The position numbers were made by a program, and so were the translations under genes. Under the pieces are notes generated by a model. It was not told where the DNA came from. It was given only the letters and a program-made list of their open reading frames with translations, and searched no databases. DNA of 64,000 nt from Podarcis cretensis (taxonomy: Eukaryota): positions 46,872,001 through 46,936,000 of the forward strand of contig OX638152.1 of the NCBI GenBank assembly GCA_951804945.1, in the 5' to 3' direction. This document shows, piece by piece, positions 39,920 through 51,822 of the stretch. How positions within the stretch are numbered: the first letter of the stretch is position 1; every line of letters begins with the position of its first letter.

Positions 39920-40858
39920 CTGAAGAAAAATGAACATCAAAATACATTTGTGAGAAACTCTTTATAACTGCAAACTGAAGAGACTTTATACATCTCTCTC
40001 AACAATAAAATGTAAAATTTATTTCATATTAAAATTGTGAAGGCTTTCTTGACCTAAATGATTCTGCAGTTAATTGGAGCTTTACACAAATTAGTACTGA
40101 ATGTGGAAGTGGAATCAGTTACAAGTCTGCTAGAATCCAAATGAATTCTGTAGTTCATTTCAAAATAAGGAATAGGCTGTACCATTGAAGGATCCTAAAC
40201 TAGGGATGAATGATAAATTACCACCTCAAGGGAACAATCACTCAAAGTGACTGTTCTGTATCAGCCATTTCCAGGACTCTGGGTGAGTATTCCTTCACTT
40301 CCTGCATCCCAAATGTATGTCTGTCATCCACAAGCTGCTAGCTCTTCCTTTGAGCAGCCTTGCGTGGTTTTAAACGCAAGTAGGTTTGAGTGGGATTAAT
40401 GAAAAGTTCAAAACAGCATTTTTATCTGTGTCAACAAACTTTCATGTTCATATAATTTGATTTCAGATTTCAAGAACAACTGAAGACTGAGCACTTTTTA
40501 TCTGAAAGGAACTAGTCATTAAGACGTTAGAATTTGGCTCAGTGGGCACGTTCCTAAAACTGGGAGAGATGAATAGGAGAAAGGTGGGGGGACAAGCACA
40601 TTAAACAAGTAAGTCGGAAGCTGTACTTGATTATTAGTACGCGTAAACAAGATACTGGTCTAGATCTGCTTTTGGAGTGATCCAGCAAGGCTCCTATTAT
40701 GTTCCTTTTTAACAGTTATTGTTATTGTATCCCTTCCCACCCCCCATGAATCCCTTCTGGCACAATCCCTAAGAGAAATGTGGGTTTCTATGGAAACAGC
40801 AATAAGAAGATCTAGCAGCATTCTTGCCACATCTATGAACTCTCATTAGGCCTAATCT

Positions 40859-40934
40859 TGTGTATGTGTGTGTGTGTGTGTGTGTACACACACACGCGCA
40901 CAAGCGCGCGCGCACACACACACACACACACACA
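40859..40934. repeat. Compound (TG)n-(CA)n-(CG)n-(CA)n alternating purine-pyrimidine tract
   Basis: Directly visible; self-complementary. Confidence 0.95.
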
Positions 40935-41517
40935 GATATTGATTAAACAGGAGATTGGAAGTTATTACCAGAGCTTAATTACAATCTCCATATTGGCATA
41001 GAGAAAATAGATGAGGATATATGGCTCTGTTATCAACTTTTATCAATTTCAATTGAGTAGCCAAAGTTGTAGAATCTAGTCCTATCAATCTACAACCTAT
41101 TCATCTTCCATGAATCATTTATTTTGTGATCGATTGTGTGTAATTGTTCACTCACAGCAATTTAGTGGGAGCCAATAAGGAGTCTTAAACAACAGCAACT
41201 TCATTTACTAATGCCTAATTAATGCAATAAACATCCTGAAAACAAATGAACACATTCTTTCTGATACTTTCTACTAATTTCTTCCTGGGCATCTGGGAGA
41301 TATGAAACATCTGGACTTGATTCCCCTCAAGTGTACAACAGATCATTAAAATCTGGTCTAAGCCATTTAATTCCTCCCAGAATTGTCACTCTAGCAACTG
41401 ATCATGTAGTAGTCTGTCTTTCTTTTTTTTTTAGTTCCTAATAAAAAAATAAATCTGATGGGGCTTAAATATGACACAACCTGAAACTGAATATGACCTT
41501 TTCAATAGCAGACATAC

Positions 41518-41560
41518 CTTCCATTGCTCATAAGTCCCCCATCTCCTCTTTGGAAAGTAA
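41518..41560 (-). CDS. ROBO2: ROBO2 exon (43 nt)
   Basis: caccag | (V)TFQRGDGGLMSNG(S) | gtatgt; phase 1-2. Confidence 0.95.
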
Positions 41561-42527
41561 CTGGTGTGGGTTTTCATAAATAAGAGAGTAGGAAAAATCT
41601 GTTAGGTATAGTAAGTCATTTATATCAAGCATATCACAATATACAATATAATGTGTTAAACAATATAATCAAGTATAGGTGGGAAAGCAAAAATTGCCAT
41701 ATCCCCCAGTTATCTCTAGACAATATTGATTTAAATCAATCTTTCTCAGTCACAGTCTCATAGGACAACTTATTTCTGATCCCTTGATATTATGGGTTTT
41801 GGGGGGAAATTCTCAAATCAATAGACCTTTGGCTTCAAAATGTATAAAGCTAGAGACCCCTGAATCATGCAGATTCCAATGAAAACATTACCTTCATATC
41901 TTCAAACTAAATAAAAATGAATCTGTGCTCTCTTTAGCACGTTAGTACTTTAATAAGTAATTAACAATGACCTGGATCTGCTAATCATTACAGTAGGAAC
42001 AAAAGTGGAAAAATTTGGGGAAACTGAAATGGGAAAAAAATATTCAAAATACATTCTCATCTTATATTCTAACACCTTTTATCCATGCCTGAAGTGTTCT
42101 TAACAGAGTGAATGATGTAAAACCAATGCCATACTTCCTAGCTAACAGGACCAGTAGGAGTTGTGGTCAAACAATAGCTGGGAACCCAAGTTTGAGAAAC
42201 AATGATGTAAACTCTTAATTGCCAAGATCAGTCTTGTAATCTCAAAAAATTATGAATACTTTTCAAACATAGTCTAAACACACCTACCTTACAACAAGAT
42301 GTTGTTATAAATTTAGGGTCCTGCATTGCTTATAACTGTGACAATCTCTATGTTGTAAGAAGTCCTGTTTAAAGCAGTACAGTACAGTGGATAGTATGGC
42401 CAGACACAGTATCAGTGTTCTGCATAACATACAGCAGCCTTTGTCAGATAGTTTGGACTACGATGATAAGAGTTGTAGTCCAAAACATGTCATGGGCACC
42501 AAGTTGGTAAAGGCTAGGGTAAAGCTT

Positions 42528-42877
42528 GGGACGTGGGTGGCTGTGTGGGTTAAACCACAGAGCCTAGGACTTGCCGATCAGGAGGTCGGTGGTTCGAATC
42601 CCCGCGACAGGGTGAGCTCCCGTTGCTCGGTCCCTGCTCCTGCCAACCTAGCATTTCAAAAGCACGTCAAAGTGCAAGTAGATAAATAGGTACCGCTCCG
42701 GCGGGAAGGTAAACGGCGTTTCCGTGCGCTGCTCTGGTTCACCAGAAGCGGCTTAGTCATGCTGGCCACATGACCTGGAAGCTGTACGCCAGCTCCCTCG
42801 GCCAATAAAGCAAGATGAGTGCCGCAACCCCAGAGTCGGTCACGACTGGACCTAATGGTCAGGGTTCCCTTTACCTT
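42528..42877 (+). mobile_element. Sauria SINE, full length
   Basis: tRNA-like head, B-box ggttcgaatccc, acctttt-type tail, 13-bp TSD tagggtaaagctt (42515-42527 and 42878-42890). Confidence 0.95.
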
Positions 42878-43898
42878 TAGGGTAAAGCTTACATATTGGA
42901 ACCCCTGAACTATCTTCTCAAATGACAATTGTGTGTGTGTTCCTGTGATTTAACGTGATGCAACCTCTGGCATCCACCCATAAAGAAGAGATACCCCGAA
43001 GTAAAGAAAACCCTGGAATTTCAGTGTTAGCTGTCAAAAAAATGAAGAAAGTCTGGAAAACCAGTGAAGGAGATTGAGAAAGCAAGGGACATGGGAGAGC
43101 TTTACATGTGTAACATTGCACCAGGAGTCCAAAGGGGATAAAATTGGTTTCCCCCTATTTTTTTTCATTATATCTGTAGGATAGGTTTGGCTGGGGTAGC
43201 CTGAGTTCAAAGACACCTACTGAGCAAAGTCACCCATCAAAATGTAGTGATGACGGTGGTGATGATACCCTGCTCTTTACCAGCAGGTCTCAGAATGGGT
43301 TACAACAATTTAAAATTTAGAATTAAAACCAGTTAAAACAAATGATCTCATCAAGTATACCATACTGGTTTCAACCATCACACAACCACAATCCATATTG
43401 GAGTATAGTCACTGGTCTTTTTGTACAAAGCACCACAAGAGATGCTTGATGCAACTCACAGGATTAACTGAAATGATCAACCATCCTGGGCGATCATATG
43501 CATCTGAAAATTCCACAAAAATGCTTCTCCATTAATACAGAAACACTTCAAAATTTATAACACAGAGCAGCTTTCTCTTGATCTCTTGCCATACACTCCG
43601 CAATCTCAGTTAAACAACTGTACAGCATCAAGATGGAAATGCTATGATCAGCAAAGACACTGACATATAAAGCAGGGTAGTTGCAGCTTTCTGGTGATAC
43701 ATTACATTTTTGCTGTGTTATCAGTTCCACAAGTGGCTTCACAATGCGTGTTCAACTACAATGAAGACAAAGAGGATCCCTTTGGGATCCCATATAGAAT
43801 GAACTTAGGAACCTATGATTAATTGCCTATCACCACTGTATGGGCAATTATGGTTGCTAGAAAATCACAACAGGCATATCACAAATTAAATGCTTTAC

Positions 43899-43919
43899 CT
43901 AGTTGGAAATGAATTAATG
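43899..43919 (-). other. Candidate 21-nt in-frame ROBO2 microexon (ALIHFQL)
   Basis: cactttctctgtgatcag | CATTAATTCATTTCCAACTAG | gtaaag; symmetric phase 1, no stop. Confidence 0.45.
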
Positions 43920-44569
43920 CTGATCACAGAGAAAGTGTATAAAATATTAAATACAAAGTATACACAAGCATTCTAATGATTCTTAATATACTAAACAATC
44001 ATAATACATGCTAAAATAGTTTAAGCGAAATTGGGTGGATATTGTACAGCAATCTGCAGGGAAACAATGGGTGCAAGTTTATTTATTTGTAGCTGGCATC
44101 GTAGCTGTTAGAAAATGTGACTAACATCTACATTGGAATATATCACTTTCATTTCTGAATCTTCTTCCATAACCTTACAAACATAATTTGAAACTTGAAA
44201 CCGAGCACTTATATTCTACATTTTAAAGTTTAAATTGAAGACTTATAATTTCGTTTATACTATGCCGAAAGTGTGCCAGACAAATGGCTTGCTGAAGATA
44301 GGCTTAGTGCAATGAGTTTGTTCTCTTGAGGCAGTGAGGTAATGGATGAGGCCTTCTGGGGATGAGGACGTCCTAGCAGTGTCCCACTCCCAGAGTGAAG
44401 AGGGGAAGAGTTGATTGGTAAAGAGGAAGTTGAAAGGTAACGTCAAGGGGCTCCAATATCTTCAGAATGTGTGGGTGTTATTAGAAACCACAATACTGCA
44501 AGCTCAGCCTCAATACAGGTCAGGCAAGGTACCACCAAGGCCAAGGGACTACCAGCAAGCTTAACAAGC

Positions 44570-45110
44570 TAACTATGAGAGATCAAGAAGCCTTTCTTCA
44601 GAAATTGAAGTCTGGCCCAAATAAAGAGAACAAAAAGGAACACAAACATTGCCAACAGAAATGCAAACAGACAATAAGGGACAAAATGAGCAAATTCAGG
44701 GAGGGCATTTTTAGAATCTTTAGGACCACAATTAAAAAGTTATTTAAACACTTTGAAAGCAGGAGGAAACTGGCTAGGAAGGCAGTTGTATCTTTAGACC
44801 ACAAGGGAGTCAAGATGTACTAATGAAGGAAAACAAGATTGTGGAGAAGCTGAATGAGTTCTTTGCATTTGTTTTCATTCTGGAATGCCACAGAGGATCC
44901 CTGTGGCTGAATTAACTTTCTTGGAAAGGAAGTCTGAGGAACTGAGGCAAAAACTGTTGACAAGAGACATTCTAGGCCACCAGATCTCAAATTTTAAATT
45001 GCTGGTTTTCTAATATAAACATGTAACTTGTTCTGAAGACTAGCATTTGTACCTGAAGAATAGAAACTGGCCAATGTAATACCATTTTTTAAATAAAAGG
45101 ATCCATGATC
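44570..45110 (+). mobile_element. CR1 LINE ORF2 fragment, old
   Basis: Decayed linker/RT-start motifs (gagaagctgaatgagttctttgca = EKLNEFFA; gccaatgtaataccattttttaa = ANVIPFF). Confidence 0.7.
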
Positions 45111-48100
45111 ATTTATGTAAGCAGGTGCTCACAACGAACACTTCTTCAGAGCTTAATCCTACCCCCTCCCCCAAGAAAGGCGTTAGATATAGAGGGATTA
45201 TGTTCCTCTTTTGCTCACTAGTAGGGCTATTAAAAATAAAGTATTCCTAATACAGATGGCCAAACTTCCAGTCACATGAGAAGCTCCTAAATAGCACTTT
45301 CCATCTTGTCCCCATTCTCTATGTTCTGGGACATGATGTCCGCTTCTTAATAGCAGCCAATATTTTGCAACAAAGCAAGCAGTTGGGCAGAATGCTTAGC
45401 TACAGGAGCTTTCCTTTCACTCAGATTGTAGTACTATATCAGGGGACAGGAGGAATGGAGTTGACCCTGCAGTCTGATTTCTGTAGGCTTATACTGGCTC
45501 AGTTAGGCAATCCTGAAAGTAAAGTAAAGAGTGCTGGCAGAGTGGTGAGAAGGGAATACCTTGGCAATAAGAAGCTAAGACCCCCTGTGTTCTTATGATT
45601 CTATGAACTGGACCGATGTGGTTGTCATTCTGATTGCTTGAGTTATTTTCTCCATCAAAAACAAAGTCATGTTTCTTTATCATTTTTTAATGTTTGCTGG
45701 GTGTTATAAATAGTTCTCATATGGTGAGGTTATAATGCAATATCTGTTTTCAGTAGTTGCATTTCTTATGGAATTATCTTACAGCCTTTGGGGAACACAT
45801 TTATAAGGAGAAGTAACCACAGAAGAATGGATGCTGCTTCACTATTACATCTGTCTCTGGAAATTAATATAATTTTCAGAGTGACAACTGTTATCCTCTC
45901 AGAGTGACAATTGTCAAAGGATAATAAGTTTATAATATTGCAATTAATGTCTCCCTCCTCCAAAAAATATCCTCCCTTATTATTTAAGTTATTTTATTTC
46001 CCAAAGCTTCATACAATCCACAATAAAAATAGCTGGGCAAGCCAGCAAGAGAGCATCACTCTGAAAGGATCAACATTCTGTGGAAAAGGCAGCAAAAGTC
46101 ACAAATGATAGTCTGCCAAACTAAGCACTATGTTTATCACTGTTACCATATGTTTGTGTCAGCATTTTTGCCTGCAGTTTGATTTCTGGAATTGCAAAAC
46201 ACGCCTAAAATGCTGAAGGGAAACATATTTGAATACAGTAGACTACAGTCCTTACAGACATAACGGGGGGTGGGGGGGGGGGGGTGGATCAGCAAAGCTG
46301 ATTTAATTCAGGGATCTAAATTTCAAAAAACTGCTGAGACATTTTGAAAGTTGAAAGGGAGATGAAAGACAAATTCCATCTATTATCACAAAAAACTGTT
46401 TATATGATTATGGATCTCATACAGATTCTTTAAAAATCTGCAGAATATAAAGGGAGGAACATGTTTTAAAAATATGACGTACACAAGGATGTATTGAAAG
46501 AGGGAATGAGAGAGGTTTGAAGAATCCTTGTTAACCTGTGTTGCAAGGTCTATACAAAAACATGCACAATTAAGCCTCACACAAAAATTGAAAAAAAACT
46601 CATATACATACAGTATACAAAGATACTATGGTACTAGTTGAACTATTTACGAATACTATCTGGCAAGGTTAAACCCAATCTTCATGCAGGCTAGAACCAA
46701 AAAATAGAAATACACACTCAGCTGACATTTTGAGGAAATAAAGCTTTCTGTGTGCCTATCTCTAGTGGGCCACATTTTCCTAGTACAAATGAAAACTTTA
46801 ATGTTGCCAGCCAAGTCTCTTCCCTTTTTCTGATAAGCTGTTCCTCAAATATGAATACAGATTAATCCTCTTTTAATAAGCATTAACTCAGAACAGATAA
46901 TCAGCATATAAAAATTCTGACAAATCTTCCTGCATTTGGATGGTTCTGTCAAATAATTTATAATAATCTACCACTGTTAGGACTTGCGCGCGAAATGTTT
47001 AGTTTGCCATTTGTAATTTGTTTTTATTTACTCAGTTTCACAACAATCTTTAATCCCCAAGCTTAGTATTTATAAGCAAAAATGTATGGTTTTCGTTCAG
47101 GCTGATAGTGTATGCAGTTAGAGGAACATGTCTGCATTCCTGCAAATGGATGCACACACACTCAGGAAACTGAGGCCAGATGAAAGATACATTACATTTT
47201 TCCTGTTTCAGTAGATGGATTTCTATGAATTTATAAGAAGCATTTTTTATCCACAGGATGGATAAATGTGATGGGGTACTACATAGCATAGAAGGATTCA
47301 CCTGAGAAAATGGATTCTTTTTTATCATTCTTATGGAATTTGAAAAGTTGGTATCTGCCTAGAAAAGAGGTATGTGCTTTCTGTCAGCTCACCTTTCTTT
47401 CAACCATGTTAAAGCCTGCAGTGTATGTTTGCACAAGGAGAATTCAGAAACTAACCATGAAAAACATAACAAGCACGATTATACCTACCTGAAGTGTAGT
47501 TTTTCATTCCCTACGAATGAAAGGTCAGCAGATTGGGTTGCTGGTTCCGACCATGGCCCAAAGCGGGCAGTAATGTTTTGGGGTGTAGGGTTCCAAGGAT
47601 TCAGTTTGCAAACTCTCCAAGCTCAAGGGAAAGACAGACATTAAGAAGGAGAAAAGTATATCCTACATCCCAGAAATAAAGGAAGGAGCTAGCCTTGAGG
47701 GTGGGGCCCTGCTGACCTTTCACTGGGAATGGAAAACTATGCTTCAGGTAGATACAATCATACATTTTCCCATTCCTTCAATGAAAGGTCAGCAGATTGG
47801 GAGATACCAGAGCTATCCTAATCTCAGACAGCAGAGAGGCTGCAATGTTATGGAGGAGAGAGAACATTTTGTAATGTTTCATGAAGGTGCTGTGGGAGGA
47901 CCAGGTGACTGCCTTGCATATTTCCAGCAGTCCAGCATTAACTGAAAATGCACTGCAGGGAGCTGCAGAACAAGAGGAGTGAGCTATGATGTGCAAAGTG
48001 ACAATAAGTCCCTGAGCTTTGCAGGAACAGGCCTTTATCCATCTAGCTAGAGTGGCAGAAATCACAATCCTAAGGAGAAGAGATGGAATGAAACAAAGAG

Positions 48101-48678
48101 TGAAACTGTCCATCTGAGCTCTTTGGTTCGCTGAATGTAGACTTTTGAAGCTCTACGTACATAGTGGGAGTGCCAAGCTTTTCCCCTGTGGTCACTAAGG
48201 AAGGGCAGAAGGAGGGAAGACCCAAGTTCTTGTTGCAAGTGGAAGTTGGAGGTGGCCTTAGGAAGGAAAGCTGGTTGGGAGAGAATGGAAGAGAGTGTGC
48301 CTGCTTGTTGGGTGAGGGTGTTAGGGTGGAGGCTGTTCGGAAGAAAGCAGAGAATGGTGGCAATTTCCACTTTCTAAAGGGAAATGTATAATAATAATAA
48401 TAATACCCTGTCCATCTGGCTGGGTTTCCCCAGCCACTCTTGGGGAAGAAAAGCTGAGGGAGTGGGAACAATCTGTGGGAGACAGTCTGGATTCACAGTT
48501 GTGAACAAAGCGGTGGAGGAGAAGGCTGAAAGCTTGGAAAATCTTCATCCCCATTGGAGGAATGAGAAGGGTTAATCACATGATCTAGGGCAGACATGTC
48601 CAAGAAGTCTATCGTAATCGACTCGGAGATCCTGGGACTGATATTGGTCAGTCGCAGGCTGAGAAAGATAAAATATTT

Positions 48679-49140
48679 AAAAAAATAAAAAAATTGTCCA
48701 GTAGTACCTTAGAGACCAACTAAGTTTGTTCTTGGTACAGTGGTATCTTGGGTTACATACGCTTCAGGTTACATACACTTCAGGTTACAGACTCCGCTAA
48801 CCCAGAAATATTGCTTCAGGTTAAGAACTTTGCTTCAGTATAAGAACAGAAATCGGGCTCTGGCAGCGCAGCAGCAGCAGGAGGCCGCATTAGCTAAAGT
48901 GGTGCTTCAGGTTAAGAAGAGTTTCAGGTTAAGTACGGACCTCCAGAACAAATTAAGTACTTAACCCGAGGTACCACTGTATAAGATTTCGTGTGCATGC
49001 ACACTTCTTCAGATACTTGAAGAAGCACACAAAAGCTTATACCAAGAACAAACTTAGTTGGTCTCTAAGGTGCTACTGGACAGTTTTTTATTTTATTTTA
49101 TTTATTTTTACTGCGTCAGACCAACATGGCTATCTACCTG
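48679..49140. mobile_element. Penelope-like (pLTR) inverted-repeat relic with hammerhead cores
   Basis: tgtccagtagtaccttagagaccaactaagtttgttcttggta and its reverse complement at about 49040-49082; CTGAAGA-agtgtgcatgcacac-GAAA on minus strand at 48987-49012. Confidence 0.85.
48738..48979 (-). mobile_element. Tc1/mariner (Tigger-like) MITE inside Penelope relic
   Basis: cagtggta...gtaccactg with TA TSDs; reverse of 24871-25079. Confidence 0.9.
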
Positions 49141-49859
49141 AATCTGAGAAAGAAAAGCCTTTCTCCGCAGCCTGCGACACAGCAGCAGCAGTCACTGCTG
49201 CTGCCAGTCTCATGCAAGCCTGAGCTCCTCCTCCTCCTCCTCCCTCCTTCTAAAGCCAGCTTGACTTCCTTCCCGCTGCCTGCTCTGCGCTGCTCTGGGG
49301 GGGGGGGGAGTAGAGTTCTGGTGATGGGGGGAGGGGGATGTGGTGGTGGGGGGAGGCAGAAAATGAAAAGCTCTGTGCCTGCTTGCCTGCTAGTTCAAAT
49401 GCAATGGAAGGAATAAGAAAGGAGCCCCCCACCCCAACAGCGAGGAAGGCAAAGAACAAAACACATGAGAAAAAGCCCCCTTAGCGCTCCATGAGTTTGA
49501 GTGAGGGAAAGGCTTTAACGCAACAGTAGGGGAAAGAGAGGTGGAGGAAAAGGCGTGGGAATGCTGACACAAAGTTAGCTGCGATTTAAAGCAACAGTAG
49601 GGGAAAGCTGGAGAAGCCTGGCACACTCTGACTGGCTCCTCAGATCTGTGTAAACTAATATAAAAATATAGTTTGACTTTTCCACTTGTTTAGTTACTTG
49701 ACCATCTAACAACTATTTGGATCTGTCATGATGATATCCAAACATAACTATTGTAACTGTGAAATAAAGACCCGTTCATACATTCATTTTACTTAAATTA
49801 CTTTGGAGGGTGGTAGATCACTGCCAGTTTTTGATATTGGATTGTAGATTACAACCTAC

Positions 49860-50490
49860 TGGAAGTTGGACGTGCCTGACCTTGGGTATATTGGAGGTTG
49901 TCCTGACTGCCTGAGCCTCTACCTCTCTCTCCTCCTAAATGCCTGATTGGGGTTAGAGGCAGCCATTTCTTCAAGGTATATAGTCCATCTAGACTTCCTT
50001 GGTTTGCACTGAAGCAGGGACTTATGTTTCCCTTGAGGATTTTTCTCTGCTGTCTTGTCCAAAGGGTGCCATTTGAAGGAGGCTTTTCAGCCAGCAGGGT
50101 GATCATAAGCTCCAGAGACCAACAAGGGGGCAGAATCCATCACTGGGAGTGTTAGGCTAATAGGTACTCTAGGCACAATGCAACACACCCGCTCTCAGGA
50201 GAGCAGCGTGGATGTGGTAGGCCAGGTGAGAGTGTAGGACTGAATCAGAGGCTTAGCAGCTATGTGGAAGCCTCAAAGAGCTGAAGAAAAAGTTGTTGGT
50301 GTTCCAGACCTCTGCACTGAAAATGAAAGTAGAAGATATGGTTTTTGCCACATAGGCAATCCTTCCCATTGTTTATGCTCGCCTGCTATAATGCTGGGCT
50401 TCTCTGGCTAAGTACCCGCCTGAGGGGGTGACAGAGCAAAGATGCGTGGTGAAAAGGGTCTGCTCCTGTCTTCCTTCATTGAGGCAGATA
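49860..50490 (-). mobile_element. Probable Vingi/Ingi-type LINE 5' fragment
   Basis: GC-richer block resembling recalled squamate Vingi 5' sequence; no diagnostic protein motif seen. Confidence 0.4.
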
Positions 50491-51772
50491 GCGAAGATTA
50501 GGAAGGTAAAGAGGGTTTTTTATTTTTTTAAAAAAATATTTTAAGCAAGAAGCTGGGTGGTGGGGGGGAACAGGGAGGAAAAAGGCTTCTGTAAAGATAG
50601 AAGGTATAAGTCAGGAGTTAGGGGAGGGTTTCCAAAGAACTGGAAGAGGAAGAGGAAGTAAGCCTGATAAGAGAGAAGTTGGGAGCAGGTGGTCGGTGAT
50701 CTGGCTGCACTGACAAAGGCAACAGCAGAATTGAATCCTGGGAGCCCTACATTCCAAAACATTGCTGCCTGCCTTTGACCATGGGTGGAGCCATCAATCC
50801 AATCAGCTGACCCTTCATTGCAGGAAAGGGGGAAATTAGTGTTTATTCTAGTAGCATGAGTTGTATATGTTTGCATGTAACTCTCCATGCGTGCATCTGT
50901 GCCCTTGTCCGCACATCACATGAATAAAAAGCCATAGCTTTGTGTAACAGTCAGAGGGAACTGAAAACTTTTCAAATTGATATTGCAGGCACATAACTGA
51001 TAAAGTAGAATGTATGGAGGATAAGGCTATTGAGGGCTACTAACCGTGATGGCTATGTACTACCCCCAGCATCAGAGACATTATGAATCTGAATCCCAAT
51101 TGCTGAGGATCACAAGTAGGGAGAGTGCTGTTGCACTCACATCCCGCTTGCACACTTCCCATAGGCTGGTTAACTACTGTGATGCTGAAATAGATAGGTC
51201 TTTGGTGTCTTCCAGCACAGCTCATCTTATGCTATCATCAGTGTCTTTTAAACTTCTGTTACATCTATCTATCTTATATTAGTATTCATGAACACAATTG
51301 AAACTGCTGGATTTACTGATCCTAATGCAGAATGGCATTTTGCTGCACCCTGCAGGTTTGCTGATATGCAATAATATGCAGCTGCAGTTATACCATTCCA
51401 TACTTTCCTGCCTCATGTATCTCCAGAGTTTGACCCCACACTTTCCCCCACCAAACAAGCATGTCAAGAGTCCTTGGCAAAGATAGTTCGGTGTTTTCAT
51501 ACCTTGTCATGGGGGACTGCAAGGACCAAAGTCAAAATTATTGTGGTAGATATCCTGCCAGCTGCCTCTCTCAGCAGGCAATTGTGGCCTCCTGCTGAGC
51601 TTTGCAAGAGAGGCAACTGAAAGAGGGAGAGAGAGTTCTCAAAGCCAGGTGCTGAAGGAAGCAGCTGGCAAAGACAGAAAAGGGGTGGGGTTCTCTGAGC
51701 GGCCAGGAGTAGAGCAGCCTGAACATGAAAGGTAAAAGGATGTTTTAAATAAGTTGAATAAAGGCTGGTGAA

Positions 51773-51776
<4 letters not shown>

Positions 51777-51818
<42 letters not shown>
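51777..51818. repeat. (GA)n microsatellite
   Basis: About 21 GA units. Confidence 0.95.

Positions 51819-51822
<4 letters not shown>

Larger units (their letters stand above)
48586..49850. mobile_element. Non-autonomous hAT (Charlie-like) element inside DIRS; right end not resolved
   Basis: Begins cagacatgtccaa; distal ggtagatcactgccag segment resembles Charlie-type subterminal sequence; interrupts the DIRS. Confidence 0.5.
47472..50835 (-). mobile_element. DIRS1-like tyrosine-recombinase retrotransposon, deleted and interrupted
   Basis: YR motifs PAFLPK..FHLQQE, VRRASKVYIQRT, LARWIK, AHSS, EICKAVTWSSHSTFMKHY (ORFs 47778-48370); inverted terminal repeats about 47500-47610 and 50725-50835; internal complementary region about 47709-47801. 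Confidence 0.9.

Noticed and set aside
46265-46287. Long G-run (G-quadruplex-like)
   Set aside because: Simple homopolymer on the antisense strand; length is error-prone and there is no supporting context.
46536-46549. 14-nt microexon-like segment with upstream UGCAUG
   Set aside because: Weak donor (gttaac) and frameshifting length.
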